From positions 46,338 to 110,337 of the IMG/VR virus record IMGVR_UViG_3300017765_000001: a stretch of DNA of 64,000 bases. One strand, 5' to 3'. The position numbers were made by a program, and so were the translations under genes. Positions 17,681 through 27,009 of the stretch are shown piece after piece. This DNA is from a virus. The stretch's first letter is position 1; each line of letters opens with the position of its first letter. The notes below the pieces were generated by a model. The model was given only the letters and a program-made list of their open reading frames with translations, did not search any database and was not told the DNA's origin.

Positions 17681-17842
17681 TCACTGTGAATACTCATTCA
17701 ATACATCAAGCACATCATTCAAAGATTGATCTGCGCCATCCAACCATTGACCTGGTTTGTTGGCATGTTTTTCATTCAGATCATTCTTTAATTTGTATAC
17801 TCTTGCCAAGATATCAACCTTGGTCACTCTTCCTCTTGGCAT
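17681..17842 (-). CDS. 53-aa hypothetical protein
   Basis: MPRGRVTKVDILARVYKLKNDL...LNDVLDVLNEYSQ; not in the ORF track. Confidence 0.6.
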   Translation of the reverse strand: MPRGRVTKVDILARVYKLKNDLNEKHANKPGQWLDGADQSLNDVLDVLNEYSQ

Positions 17843-18104
17843 GTTTCAACTCCGTTTCAAAGGATCCGTCAATATATCCCCTACGATACTCCCAGGTTGT
17901 TCCTCCGTCAACTCCCCTCTTTGGGTTTATACACTTAGTATAATCTGGATCCTCTTTAGAAATACTATTGCAAACTAGTCCTGCTAGATCTAGTTCATTA
18001 CCTTTTGCTCCTGTTCCTGTCCATCTATGTTCTCCATTTAACCAAGTAGCTCCACATTTTTCACATACCTCTTGCTTGAGGGAAAAATTGAGTTCTTCAG
18101 ACAT
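17814..18104 (-). CDS. Cys-containing conserved cyanophage protein
   Basis: CEKCGATWLNGEHRW, DLAGLVCN, CINP. Confidence 0.7.
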   Translation of the reverse strand: MSEELNFSLKQEVCEKCGATWLNGEHRWTGTGAKGNELDLAGLVCNSISKEDPDYTKCINPKRGVDGGTTWEYRRGYIDGSFETELKHAKRKSDQG

Positions 18105-18107
18105 TAA

Positions 18108-18383
18108 TTACATTCCTGGGATAGAGGGCATGGTGACACCACCAGTCATTGGAGGAAGTGATGCACCACCAGACACACCACCTGTCATTGATGGAATTTC
18201 TGGCATCTCTGGCATCATACCTCCAACTAAGTCAGGAAGCATAGTAGAAACTTGTTCTAATACTTTTGACTTGACTCCTTCAATGATAGCACCACGACTA
18301 GTGTACACATAAATTCCACCAGCAACAGCAACGCTTGTTACACCAAATGAGAAAATTGCCATAGCATTAATAATTTTCTGCAT
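18108..18383 (-). CDS. Membrane-anchored Pro/Met-rich protein
   Basis: MQKIINAMAIFSFGV TM segment; MPEMPEIPSMTGG tail. Confidence 0.65.
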   Translation of the reverse strand: MQKIINAMAIFSFGVTSVAVAGGIYVYTSRGAIIEGVKSKVLEQVSTMLPDLVGGMMPEMPEIPSMTGGVSGGASLPPMTGGVTMPSIPGM

Positions 18384-18402
18384 AACGCGTCCAATAAAAT
18401 CG

Positions 18403-18416
18403 TATTTAGATAAATA
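18403..18416. promoter_or_regulatory. Back-to-back late promoters
   Basis: TATTTA-GA-TAAATA gives CTAAATA on minus and ATAAATA on plus, between divergent genes. Confidence 0.55.
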
Positions 18417-18442
18417 CAAAGGCAAACAATTCTTTACATAGT

Positions 18443-18934
18443 ATGAGAAAGTTAGTACCTTTTCTCATGATTTTGATGGCAGCAGGACCAGCATCTGCTG
18501 ATATTACTCATAAATTAAGTAGTTCTACACAATTGACTGTGGATGCTGCCGCCTCTCAGGCAACACGCATTGGATCCACATATAGTGTAAGTGGTTCTAA
18601 TATCACTGCTGGCACAATGGGTGGAATTACTGCTCCTGCATCTGTCACAACTGCCGCCACTCAAATTCAAGGAGCATATACAGTTACCACAGCAGGTTCT
18701 GCATTTTCCCTGAGTGAGTCTTTTACTTATGGTGATGCAATCCCCACAGGCACAACTGTTGGAACAGGTGTTGTAGGAACTCTGCCAGCATTTGGTTCAG
18801 TTACAACCACCGCAGGCGGAGTGGCAGGCACTTTAGCTGGCACCATAACCTCAGCGGGGGTAACAACCCTGACTGCAGGTGGGGCAGGAACATCTGCCAC
18901 TGGCCAATTTGTCAGTGAGATCTCTGTAGACTAG
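18443..18934 (+). CDS. Exported Gly/Thr/Ala-rich beta protein
   Basis: Signal peptide MRKLVPFLMILMAAGPASA; low-complexity beta-strand body. Confidence 0.75.
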   Translation: MRKLVPFLMILMAAGPASADITHKLSSSTQLTVDAAASQATRIGSTYSVSGSNITAGTMGGITAPASVTTAATQIQGAYTVTTAGSAFSLSESFTYGDAIPTGTTVGTGVVGTLPAFGSVTTTAGGVAGTLAGTITSAGVTTLTAGGAGTSATGQFVSEISVD

Positions 18935-18954
18935 ATATATAATGGAGAGTCTCT

Positions 18955-19425
18955 ATGTCTAAACTGCAAGAGGCAATCAGTCTTGGTCTGGTACTTGGTA
19001 TCCTACATGGACTGTCTCAATCTTCAAGGGCAGTCCCTGTGGTCCCAAATTTCAGCCAGGGATCAATGACGAGCCACACAGAGACAACATCTAAGGTAAC
19101 TGAAACAATTAATTCCATTGATTATAACACAGGATGGCAATACTCAGTGACAGGAACAAATGTTGGAAATGGAAGCAACGCACTAAACCCAAGCAGTGTG
19201 GAGAGTTCAGTGAATCTGAATCCGCTGGGAGGTATAGAGGGGCAAATTTCAAGCACTCAATCCTCAGCAAACTTAGGAACTGCACAATTCACAATAACAA
19301 ACCCTGGGGAGGCATTTCAGTTCACCCAAACTTATCAGGGTCCAGGAATTTCAAATCAGACTATAATTCAAAGGGTAACAGAAGTTACAAGCGTAACAGA
19401 TACTACAAGTATATTCTCCCAGTAA
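18955..19425 (+). CDS. Exported Ser/Thr-rich protein
   Basis: Signal-like N-terminus then VPVVPNFSQGSMTSHTET...PGEAFQFTQTY. Confidence 0.75.
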   Translation: MSKLQEAISLGLVLGILHGLSQSSRAVPVVPNFSQGSMTSHTETTSKVTETINSIDYNTGWQYSVTGTNVGNGSNALNPSSVESSVNLNPLGGIEGQISSTQSSANLGTAQFTITNPGEAFQFTQTYQGPGISNQTIIQRVTEVTSVTDTTSIFSQ

Positions 19426-20405
19426 TTGGTTGCTTATCATTTTCGTCCAATGCTTTTGCAGATGTGGGTGGTGTCTCAGCAACAGCAAACCCAATCGCAA
19501 ATAGTAGCGGGTCAGTAACCAACCAAGCTATTCAGGTTTTACAAGGTCCATATGTAACTAATTCATATGGTAATGGGATATCTTGTCAAGGTCCCACAAT
19601 GAATTTCACTCCATACGTAACTCACTCAAAAAGTTATCAGTTACCTTTTGAGAGATATCATAATGAACCTCAGTATAATGCCACAGATTTTAAAGGAAGG
19701 AAAGTAGAGATACAACAACAAGTTAAAAACTATCCATGGGAAGAGTGGTATGACAATCGTACCTACATCTCAGATGGTAGTGATGGTAATGAAGTTGGAA
19801 GTGAACAGAGATGGTTTCCAGATGGATCTGATATGACAATTGTAATTGAACAAATACAACCAGATGGAATACCTGATAAGCCAGGCCAGATCTTGTGGGA
19901 AAAACCAGTAAGGACTGGTCAGCAAGATAACTACAACACTAATATTGGATTCTCTGCCACTCTCTCATTCCCTCTTGATGGAGGACTTCAGGAAAGATGT
20001 AAGGCTGCAGCAGATACACATACTGCATTGATGAAGCAAAATCTTGCCAACAAGAGATTAGATTTTGAGATTGCTCGTCTCAAGAATTGTGGTGAATTGA
20101 TGAAATCTGGAATCAGTTTTCACCCCAAGAGTAGATACTATGCCATCTGTGCAGATGTGGTTGTGCAAAATGTCAACACTATACCACAACACAGACACTC
20201 TATCCCTTCTTCTTCTTTGCAATCTTCAAGGGTTGCAAACCCCTCTTCTCGCGATACTTATTCGCAGCAATCTCAGATGCAGACAACTTTGGGGGCTTCT
20301 TCCCCAATAAGGTCTGTACCTTCGTCAATGCTTTCTTCACAACAGGTTTCACCACTCTTAACAAAAGATCAGCAAGAGGTTTTGCAAATATTGCCGAAGA
20401 GGTAG
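19134..20405 (+). CDS. Exported/outer-membrane-like protein, start uncertain
   Basis: GGVSATANPIANSSGSVTNQAIQ, ISCQGPT, GFSATLSFPLD, DFEIARLKNCG; signal-like segment at about 19390-19460. Confidence 0.7.
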   Translation: MAILSDRNKCWKWKQRTKPKQCGEFSESESAGRYRGANFKHSILSKLRNCTIHNNKPWGGISVHPNLSGSRNFKSDYNSKGNRSYKRNRYYKYILPVIGCLSFSSNAFADVGGVSATANPIANSSGSVTNQAIQVLQGPYVTNSYGNGISCQGPTMNFTPYVTHSKSYQLPFERYHNEPQYNATDFKGRKVEIQQQVKNYPWEEWYDNRTYISDGSDGNEVGSEQRWFPDGSDMTIVIEQIQPDGIPDKPGQILWEKPVRTGQQDNYNTNIGFSATLSFPLDGGLQERCKAAADTHTALMKQNLANKRLDFEIARLKNCGELMKSGISFHPKSRYYAICADVVVQNVNTIPQHRHSIPSSSLQSSRVANPSSRDTYSQQSQMQTTLGASSPIRSVPSSMLSSQQVSPLLTKDQQEVLQILPKR

Positions 20406-21012
20406 CAACCACAGCAATTGATGCTGTGGCAGTCACTGCACCTGCTGTAGGAAGATTACCCACAATCTGTGCCACAACCTCAATCTTCTCTGTAACCTGA
20501 ATACATTCATTCCCTACAAGTCTATAGTCAGTTACTTTTTGATCACCCTTTACAAAACCAATAGGTTCTTTTAATTCCTGTGCCTCAGTGGGGCATGGGA
20601 TTTCTTCTATGGGTGTCTGAGGAACTTCTGGTGTCTGTGGGGTAGATGGCTCTGGTGCCTCTGGAGATTCAGGTGATTTTACTGGTGGAACTTCTCTTGA
20701 TTTTTTCTCAGTGATCATCTGCAATCTAGATGCATCATATTGTATGGGATTAAAGGTTGGTATTCCTGAGTCACAATATGTGACAATCCCATCTTCATCC
20801 TCTTGAGTTAGTTGTACATTCTCGTTACTATCTCTATGAGATTGAACACAGCCAGGCATATCAATAATTGGTATACCTATTTGAGAGGTTATTGGTGGAT
20901 AAATTGGCAGGGCAAGAGGGGGTGACTGAGACCAATTATGGATTGGAAGATTATAAATTGAAAGTTCTTGAATATTTAATTCAGGTATCTCCATCCAATT
21001 CCTCACAATCAT
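20200..21012 (-). CDS. Pro-rich protein with C-terminal membrane anchor and basic tail
   Basis: IGIPIIDMPGCV, PEAPEPSTPQTPEVP, TATASIAVVATSSA..AKPLADLLL. Confidence 0.7.
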   Translation of the reverse strand: MIVRNWMEIPELNIQELSIYNLPIHNWSQSPPLALPIYPPITSQIGIPIIDMPGCVQSHRDSNENVQLTQEDEDGIVTYCDSGIPTFNPIQYDASRLQMITEKKSREVPPVKSPESPEAPEPSTPQTPEVPQTPIEEIPCPTEAQELKEPIGFVKGDQKVTDYRLVGNECIQVTEKIEVVAQIVGNLPTAGAVTATASIAVVATSSAIFAKPLADLLLRVVKPVVKKALTKVQTLLGKKPPKLSASEIAANKYREKRGLQPLKIAKKKKG

Positions 21013-21541
21013 TAATAGAGGTTGCTAATTCTCCACCTACTTGTGCTCCTTGATCAGCACCAAAGAGAGCAACAAAACCAGCAAGCACTGGACCAACAAA
21101 GGGTATACCTGTCACAAATCCCGAGGCACTAGCACCAATGCTAGCTCCCACAATCCTTCCTGTTTGTTCTCCACCACCTTCCGCCTTGATGCACTCTAAC
21201 GCTTTTGCACTCAACTTTTTTCCACCACCTGCTGGAGGTGATCCTTCCATGGTATATTCAGTCTCAACATCCACAATAGATTTACCACCTACTCCAAAAA
21301 ATCCATTCTTTTTGTCAATATATTTCTTTGTGCTCATCACCTTTGGGTCATTAGCACTATACTCTATACTGTAACCCTCCTGACCTGCCTCAACTTTATA
21401 TGAGGTGTAATCACCAACAGGTAGATTGATATCAGGTAATTCTGTATTGGTTCTGGTAGCAATGATTCCTATCATTCCAATGTGACCTATGCCTAAAATT
21501 GCTCCCAATCCAAGAGCAAACCATTTGAATGTGTTTGACAT
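20981..21541 (-). CDS. Membrane protein with glycine-zipper-like C-terminus
   Basis: N-terminal TM; ECIKAEGGGEQTGRIVGASIG...GIPFVG; late promoter TATAAATA 21564-21571. Confidence 0.7.
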   Translation of the reverse strand: MSNTFKWFALGLGAILGIGHIGMIGIIATRTNTELPDINLPVGDYTSYKVEAGQEGYSIEYSANDPKVMSTKKYIDKKNGFFGVGGKSIVDVETEYTMEGSPPAGGGKKLSAKALECIKAEGGGEQTGRIVGASIGASASGFVTGIPFVGPVLAGFVALFGADQGAQVGGELATSINDCEELDGDT

Positions 21542-21573
21542 GAGATTGCCTGCGGTGGCAACTTATTTATAAA

Positions 21574-22035
21574 TTAGTCAATAAGAGTGCCGTGTGCTCT
21601 CCTAATTTCTCTTAATTCCTCAAAGTTTTTCTGCTTTGTGCCACCATCATATGGCCATGCATATCCTTGTTCAATCATTTGTTCATTCAGTGATGTCTCT
21701 GCATCTCCAATATATAACCAACCAAGAAGACGACCATACTTACCCATACCACCAACAAGTTCAGTTCTAATGATGAGATCTTCATCTCCATCTATAGCAC
21801 CTTCTAGTCTCGCTTTCATCCAGTTGGTGGCATCTATTCCAAGTGCCTTTTCTTCAAGGTCTCTTGTTCTTTTCTCTGGTGTGTCTACACCAGCAATTCT
21901 TACTCTTTCTTTTTTAAAAAGATCAAATCCAAGATCAATAGTCACATCAATGGTATCACCATCAACAACTCTATTAATCTCTACAACTCTAAAATTGTAG
22001 CATGACTTTCTACTAGGGGGAAACATTGCACCCAT
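21574..22035 (-). CDS. Thermonuclease (SNase-like) family nuclease
   Basis: RVVDGDTIDV, RVRIAGVDTPE, GKYGRLLG, LNEQMIEQGYA. Confidence 0.85.
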   Translation of the reverse strand: MGAMFPPSRKSCYNFRVVEINRVVDGDTIDVTIDLGFDLFKKERVRIAGVDTPEKRTRDLEEKALGIDATNWMKARLEGAIDGDEDLIIRTELVGGMGKYGRLLGWLYIGDAETSLNEQMIEQGYAWPYDGGTKQKNFEELREIRRAHGTLID

Positions 22036-22346
22036 TATTCTTGCTCCTCTGATGAAGGTTTAATACTGACTTCCTCAACAACATAACTAGAAATTAATTC
22101 AGTGGCACATGGAGATCCTGTCAAACTATCTTCAGTGAATGCATCTGCATCCTGTGGTATTGCTACTATGATTCCCACAAGTGTCACTGCAGCAGTGATT
22201 ACAGCTCCAGCTCTCCATACCCAACGCTCTAAATTACGAACTCTGTCACGAAGTTCTTCTGCCATCTTTTCAGCATCCTCAATCCTATGTGTCAACAATG
22301 CTATCAGTTGATCCTGATCCGCATCCTTCTGATTGATTGTGGTCAT
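22035..22346 (-). CDS. Coiled-coil plus TM hypothetical protein
   Basis: EELRDRVRNLERWVW followed by a hydrophobic helix. Confidence 0.6.
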   Translation of the reverse strand: MTTINQKDADQDQLIALLTHRIEDAEKMAEELRDRVRNLERWVWRAGAVITAAVTLVGIIVAIPQDADAFTEDSLTGSPCATELISSYVVEEVSIKPSSEEQE

Positions 22347-22482
22347 GGTTCAATTCATCAAAAGCCATACGCATTATATAGACAATATAGTATGTGACTC
22401 CAGCCAAAAATATGATCAATCCAATAATAACACTCCATGTTGGGTCATCATAATTATCATGGAGTTTAATAATATTCAACAT
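22285..22482 (-). CDS. Small membrane protein
   Basis: DPTWSVIIGLIIFLAGVTYYIVYIM. Confidence 0.6.
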   Translation of the reverse strand: MLNIIKLHDNYDDPTWSVIIGLIIFLAGVTYYIVYIMRMAFDELNHDHNQSEGCGSGSTDSIVDT

Positions 22483-22775
22483 CAGTAAAGCTCTTCTTCT
22501 GCCTCTGCTTTAATTACACAATCAGATTCAGGATATGAAACACAAAGAAGTGCAAAACCTGCCTCAATCTGATCATCATCAAGGAAGGATTGATCACTCT
22601 GGTCTAATGTTCCTGATACAATTTTTCCTGCACATGTTGAACATGCACCTGCTTTGCAAGAGTAAGGCATCAACACACCTGCCTCTTCTGCAGCATCCAA
22701 AATGTATTGATCTGTATCACACTCAAATGTATTCTTCTCACCATCTGAGGTTTCAACTGTGATTGTATAAGACAT
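22482..22775 (-). CDS. petF: Plant-type [2Fe-2S] ferredoxin
   Basis: [12 protein letters not shown]...[12 protein letters not shown]...LLCVSYP; start moved to 22775. Confidence 0.95.
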   Translation of the reverse strand: MSYTITVETSDGEKNTFECDTDQYILDAAEEAGVLMPYSCKAGACSTCAGKIVSGTLDQSDQSFLDDDQIEAGFALLCVSYPESDCVIKAEAEEELY

Positions 22776-22926
22776 GTTAAAAAAGTAATGCAAATTATAT
22801 AGTTAGTTATTTCTGGGGTCAAGTCCAAGATCTTTAAGATATTCAACCCACCATTCAGGATCCTTAGTGGTTCTCCAATCAGGAATAGGAATTCCTCTCT
22901 CAACAGTGTAATACTGATAGAAAGAT

Positions 22927-23136
22927 TCATTTAAAGTCTGTGCGATCTCCATATTCTTCCTCCTTTTCGTCAACGTCTGCATATGGATCGACCACATATG
23001 GTCCTCGCTTTCTAAATGGTTCTTTTTGAACATATGATTGTTCCAAATTAACTGCAGAAATCCAAACAGCAAGTTTCATGATAATGAATATTATGGCAAG
23101 AGGTGAGAGACATGCTAATAAAATAAGTGGATTCAT
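22927..23136 (-). CDS. Small membrane protein
   Basis: N-terminal TM; PYADVDEKEEEYGD. Confidence 0.6.
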   Translation of the reverse strand: MNPLILLACLSPLAIIFIIMKLAVWISAVNLEQSYVQKEPFRKRGPYVVDPYADVDEKEEEYGDRTDFK

Positions 23137-23294
23137 ATGTTCTCTCCAATGAAATTATCGTTGTCAGATTCTTCTTCATCATCCCAGTCTGGTTCATAAA
23201 GAGGGCATGGTTCTTCAAACAAATGTTCCATTCTAAGTTGTTTAATTCTTTCCTTGAGAGACTTATAAAATTCTCTCTTTTCGTCATCTTTCAT
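23133..23294 (-). CDS. 53-aa acidic hypothetical protein
   Basis: MKDDEKREFYKSLKERIKQLRMEHLFEEPCPLYE; ATGA overlaps on both sides. Confidence 0.55.
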   Translation of the reverse strand: MKDDEKREFYKSLKERIKQLRMEHLFEEPCPLYEPDWDDEEESDNDNFIGENI

Positions 23295-23488
23295 TTATGA
23301 CTTTTGGTGAATGGTTCCCAATGTTGCCAACCATAATTATGTATAGCCCAAATTCCTATAATGGGAACAAACACAAGGCAAAATCCCATGACTCCTAAAC
23401 ACCATGGGGTTTGCATAACAGATCTAACCAGGAGCTGAATGTGATTCATTTTGGAAATGCTCGGGGAAAGGACAACCTTTAAACTCAT
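23291..23488 (-). CDS. Small membrane protein (start probably at MNHIQ)
   Basis: VMQTPWCLGVMGFCLVFVPIIGIWAIH.YGWQHWEPF. Confidence 0.55.
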   Translation of the reverse strand: MSLKVVLSPSISKMNHIQLLVRSVMQTPWCLGVMGFCLVFVPIIGIWAIHNYGWQHWEPFTKSHK

Positions 23489-23598
23489 TTAGTTCATTCT
23501 GAAATAAAACAAACATAGTAACAAATCCTAGGCAAAAAGCAAATAGCATCTGAGGGAAGTTATAGTTTCCCATATAAGCAGTAGGATCAGGCTCATCA

Positions 23599-23811
23599 TC
23601 ATGAGGATGAATCATCTTTGCTATATCTTCTGAGGACTTTTTCAATTTGTCGTCTTGTTCTGTCCCTTGCTTCTGGATTTTCTGTTTCTTTTCTGGTGTA
23701 TCCATGTTTCTGATGAAAAATGAAATGGCCTTGACATATCATAGTCAATACAAAAAAACTTGCTGTAACAATTCCAACCAATTTTAGAATTAAAGATACA
23801 GAATCATCCAC
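23599..23811 (-). CDS. Small membrane protein
   Basis: TM helix then basic tail. Confidence 0.5.
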   Translation of the reverse strand: MDDSVSLILKLVGIVTASFFVLTMICQGHFIFHQKHGYTRKETENPEARDRTRRQIEKVLRRYSKDDSSS

Positions 23812-23887
23812 GATATCTGCCAGGCCAAGTTAATTGCATTCCAGCAGTTAACAATCCAATAAAGACAAACACAAATAACAAGTTCAT
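23804..23887 (-). CDS. 27-aa TM micro-protein
   Basis: MNLLFVFVFIGLLTAGMQLTWPGRYRG; ATGA overlap with the zwf stop. Confidence 0.5.
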   Translation of the reverse strand: MNLLFVFVFIGLLTAGMQLTWPGRYRG

Positions 23888-25233
23888 GCTGGATAATCCC
23901 AATTGGTTATGATATTTGTTTTATGCACTGGACCCCATTGCCCCTCCTTGTAAATATAAGGTGCTGTTCTGATTGGACACTTATCACCTACACATAATAA
24001 ATCATCAACAATTCTCCAAGATTCCAAAACCTCTTCAGAATGAACAAAATGGGATTGATCATTATGGAGAGCATCAAATAAAAGTTTTTCATAACCATCA
24101 ACACCCAACCAATCAGGATATCGATGAGTCAGAGTTGCAGTTTCAACATCATTCTTAAATCCAGGTGCCTTCATATCAATTCTGATATCAAAGTGTGGAT
24201 GTGGTTGGAGACGCATTACGATACGATCATTATATTCATGTCCATCAAACAGTTGTTGAGGAGGTGCCTTAAGTTTAACCACAACTTCAACACATTGATA
24301 TGGCATTTTCTTTCCACTCATGAAGTGAAAAGGAACTCCCTCCCAACGCCAGTTATCAATATATAAGTCACCAGCAATATAGGTAGCAGTGTCACTGAAA
24401 GAATCAACACCGTCTTCAGATTTATAAGATTCATATTGACCAAAAATAACTTTGTGTCCTAGTCTAGTCGCTGCAAGAACTTTTGTCTTCTCTCTACGAA
24501 TCTCAGTAGCATTCATTTTACATGGTGCTTCCATGGCAATCAGTGCAAGAACCTGAAGCATGTGATTCTGAAGCATGTCTCTGACAACACCAGATCCATC
24601 ATAGTATTGTGAACGACCTTCACAACCAATTGTTTCAGTTGCAAAGATCTGAACCTCTTCTATGTACTGGCGATTCCAAAGTGGTTCAAGTAATGTATTG
24701 CTAAAACGAGTGGCAAGGATATTATTAACAGTATCTTTACCAAGATAATGATCAATCCGATATACTTGTTTTTCGCGTAAATGTCTATCCACCACTGACT
24801 GTAAATTATCAGCAGATTTATAATCGTACCCAAAGGGTTTTTCAATAACCACACGCGATCTTTCTGGGTCATCTAAGAATCCTGCTGACTTAAGATGAGT
24901 AATTGCACTAGCATAAGTGTTTGGTGGTACAGATAAGAAATATGTGGTGTCAGCACTCTGATCATGCAGTTTCATCAGACTTTCTTCACATTCCAAATCA
25001 CAAGATACAAAATCCAACCAATGACAAAAATCTTGTGGATATTCACCCAAATGACGTAACCATTCATCTCTAGAAATTTCTCTACGAGAAGAACCAACAA
25101 TTAATAACCCTGGAGGAAGCAGATTTTTTTTCCACAACTCATAGAGTGCAGGAATCAGTTTTCTTTTACAAAGATCTCCAGCAGCACCAAAGATAACTAT
25201 GTGTTTACTAATGTGCTGTTCCATTTCCATCAT
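23884..25233 (-). CDS. zwf: Glucose-6-phosphate dehydrogenase
   Basis: IFGAAGDL, IEKPFG, RIDHYLGK, RDMLQNH, NWRWEGVPF; start moved to about 25224-25233. Confidence 0.96.
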   Translation of the reverse strand: MMEMEQHISKHIVIFGAAGDLCKRKLIPALYELWKKNLLPPGLLIVGSSRREISRDEWLRHLGEYPQDFCHWLDFVSCDLECEESLMKLHDQSADTTYFLSVPPNTYASAITHLKSAGFLDDPERSRVVIEKPFGYDYKSADNLQSVVDRHLREKQVYRIDHYLGKDTVNNILATRFSNTLLEPLWNRQYIEEVQIFATETIGCEGRSQYYDGSGVVRDMLQNHMLQVLALIAMEAPCKMNATEIRREKTKVLAATRLGHKVIFGQYESYKSEDGVDSFSDTATYIAGDLYIDNWRWEGVPFHFMSGKKMPYQCVEVVVKLKAPPQQLFDGHEYNDRIVMRLQPHPHFDIRIDMKAPGFKNDVETATLTHRYPDWLGVDGYEKLLFDALHNDQSHFVHSEEVLESWRIVDDLLCVGDKCPIRTAPYIYKEGQWGPVHKTNIITNWDYPA

Positions 25234-25336
25234 ACTTGTCTGTGTCATAGTAGTCATTTTCACCTTTTCGTAACCCGAAATATACTGTGGATAGTACAAA
25301 GGGTAAAGCAATCCATTTAAGTATCTCACCTAACAT
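25208..25336 (-). CDS. 42-aa TM micro-protein between gnd and zwf
   Basis: MLGEILKWIALPFVLSTVYFGLRKGENDYYDTDKYDGNGTAH; not in the ORF track. Confidence 0.55.
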   Translation of the reverse strand: MLGEILKWIALPFVLSTVYFGLRKGENDYYDTDKYDGNGTAH

Positions 25337-26390
25337 GATGTCCCCCAAACATGTATCGCATTCCGTTTAAGATTTTATTTCCAAATTCTCCAAGTCTCCT
25401 TGAATTGAATCTTTCAAATAAAGCAGCAGATATAACTGGAGTTGGTACACCAAGATCTACAGCAGCATGAAGAGTCCAACGACCTTCACCAGAGTCTGAT
25501 ACCCCTCCATCAAATTTACTAAGATCATGATCATGTCTTAATACATCAGCAGTAAGATCAAGCAACCAACTGCCCACAACAGAACCACGACGCCAAAGCT
25601 CAGCTACTTCAGCACAGTCAATATCATATTCATAATCCTTTGGATTTTCCATTGGAGCCACCTCAGCATCACCTTCCTTGGTGTAGTTGGAACCAAGATT
25701 GCCATGATGCAAGATATTGAATCCCTCAGCATATGCCTGCATTATACCATATTCTACACCATTGTGAACCATTTTCACAAAGTGACCTGCTCCAGGACCC
25801 CCACAGTGAAGCCAACCATATTCAGCACTGGATGCTCTTGTATATGCATCTGTGCGAGGTGCAGCGGTGATACCTAGTGCAAGTGCCCTGAAAATGGGGG
25901 CACATGTAGATACTGCTGTATTTGCACCACCAACCATGAGACAGTATCCACGCTCCAGACCATAAACTCCACCACTAGTACCACAGTCAATATATTGGAT
26001 GCCCAACTTTGCCAGGTATTCTGCCCTTCTGCGAGAATCTTTAAAGTTGCTATTGCCATGATCAATAACAATATCCCCACTGCTAAGTAATGGTAGTAAC
26101 TCATTAAGTGTGTCCTCTACAAGTTCTGCTGGAATGACAAGTTGGAAGATGCCAGGTTGCTCAACATAAATTGTCTCACCAGATTTTTCCCCATAGACAC
26201 TCTCTGCTTTTTTTACTACTTGAACAAGGCTTTCCAGAGAAGTGGCAACTCCACTGACATAACCTGCTTCATACGCCTCTTGAGCTTTTTCATAGTTCCT
26301 CCTATATCCCCATGTTTCTATTCCTGCCTTCATCATACGACGAGACATACCCTCGCCCATACGACCAAGACCAATAATACCCACTTTCAT
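25326..26390 (-). CDS. gnd: 6-phosphogluconate dehydrogenase (short type)
   Basis: GLGRMG, IDHGNS, DCGTSGG, GHFVKMVHNGVEY, MRYMFGGH. Confidence 0.96.
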   Translation of the reverse strand: MKVGIIGLGRMGEGMSRRMMKAGIETWGYRRNYEKAQEAYEAGYVSGVATSLESLVQVVKKAESVYGEKSGETIYVEQPGIFQLVIPAELVEDTLNELLPLLSSGDIVIDHGNSNFKDSRRRAEYLAKLGIQYIDCGTSGGVYGLERGYCLMVGGANTAVSTCAPIFRALALGITAAPRTDAYTRASSAEYGWLHCGGPGAGHFVKMVHNGVEYGIMQAYAEGFNILHHGNLGSNYTKEGDAEVAPMENPKDYEYDIDCAEVAELWRRGSVVGSWLLDLTADVLRHDHDLSKFDGGVSDSGEGRWTLHAAVDLGVPTPVISAALFERFNSRRLGEFGNKILNGMRYMFGGHHVR

Positions 26391-26411
26391 AATTACACTC
26401 CCTTAAATTTT

Positions 26412-26564
26412 TCAATTTCTTTTACTCATTGCAAGTAATGTATCATATGGTATCCATGCTGGATCCTCATCTGCAAATTGAACCTGCACCTCAACAATAT
26501 TTCTCTCCAAATACCTAGAGTAAATTGTTCTTGTATTTTTGACGCAAGATATGATGTTTGTCAT
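26412..26564 (-). CDS. 50-aa hypothetical protein
   Basis: MTNIISCVKNTR...EVQVQFADEDPAWIPYDTL. Confidence 0.55.
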   Translation of the reverse strand: MTNIISCVKNTRTIYSRYLERNIVEVQVQFADEDPAWIPYDTLLAMSKRN

Positions 26565-26734
26565 CCTGTCCTCCTTGCAATTGCTGACATGCTTCTCCTA
26601 TTCATTTCTTTAATTAGGTCACCATACTCTTTGTGCATTCTATCTCCTACCACATATCTTGCTTGCTTTTGTTCTAATGCACACACAATCAAAGCATAAT
26701 CTTCTTGAGTGAAGTCAGGAAAATATTTTATCAT
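26561..26734 (-). CDS. 57-aa hypothetical protein
   Basis: MIKYFPDFTQEDYALIVCALE; ATGA-coupled to the next gene. Confidence 0.55.
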   Translation of the reverse strand: MIKYFPDFTQEDYALIVCALEQKQARYVVGDRMHKEYGDLIKEMNRRSMSAIARRTG

Positions 26735-26739
26735 TAATT

Positions 26740-27009
26740 CTATTGCAATTGAACAACATTAAGAACCTCTTCTTTTACTCTATCTATTATATCCTGCATC
26801 ATGTCAACATCAATACCCATGAAGGGTGGAATCATACCAATGACTCTGAAGAATCCCTCAGCAAAAAGAGCCAGGAAAATAATCCCAAGGAACATGCTAA
26901 TGATAGATGCATTACGATTGTGCTTGTTAATAGCATTGTCAATCATTTTTTCACATTCTTCTTTTGTGACATGATGAGCAGGTTTTATCTCATCCATTCT
27001 GTGTGCCAT
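26740..27009 (-). CDS. Small membrane protein
   Basis: MIDNAINKHNRNASIISM...LFAEGFFRVIGMIPPF. Confidence 0.65.
   Translation of the reverse strand: MAHRMDEIKPAHHVTKEECEKMIDNAINKHNRNASIISMFLGIIFLALFAEGFFRVIGMIPPFMGIDVDMMQDIIDRVKEEVLNVVQLQ

Noticed and set aside
25234-25329. N-terminal extension of zwf in the ORF track
   Set aside because: Better explained by a separate 42-aa TM gene in another frame; the zwf fold starts near 25200
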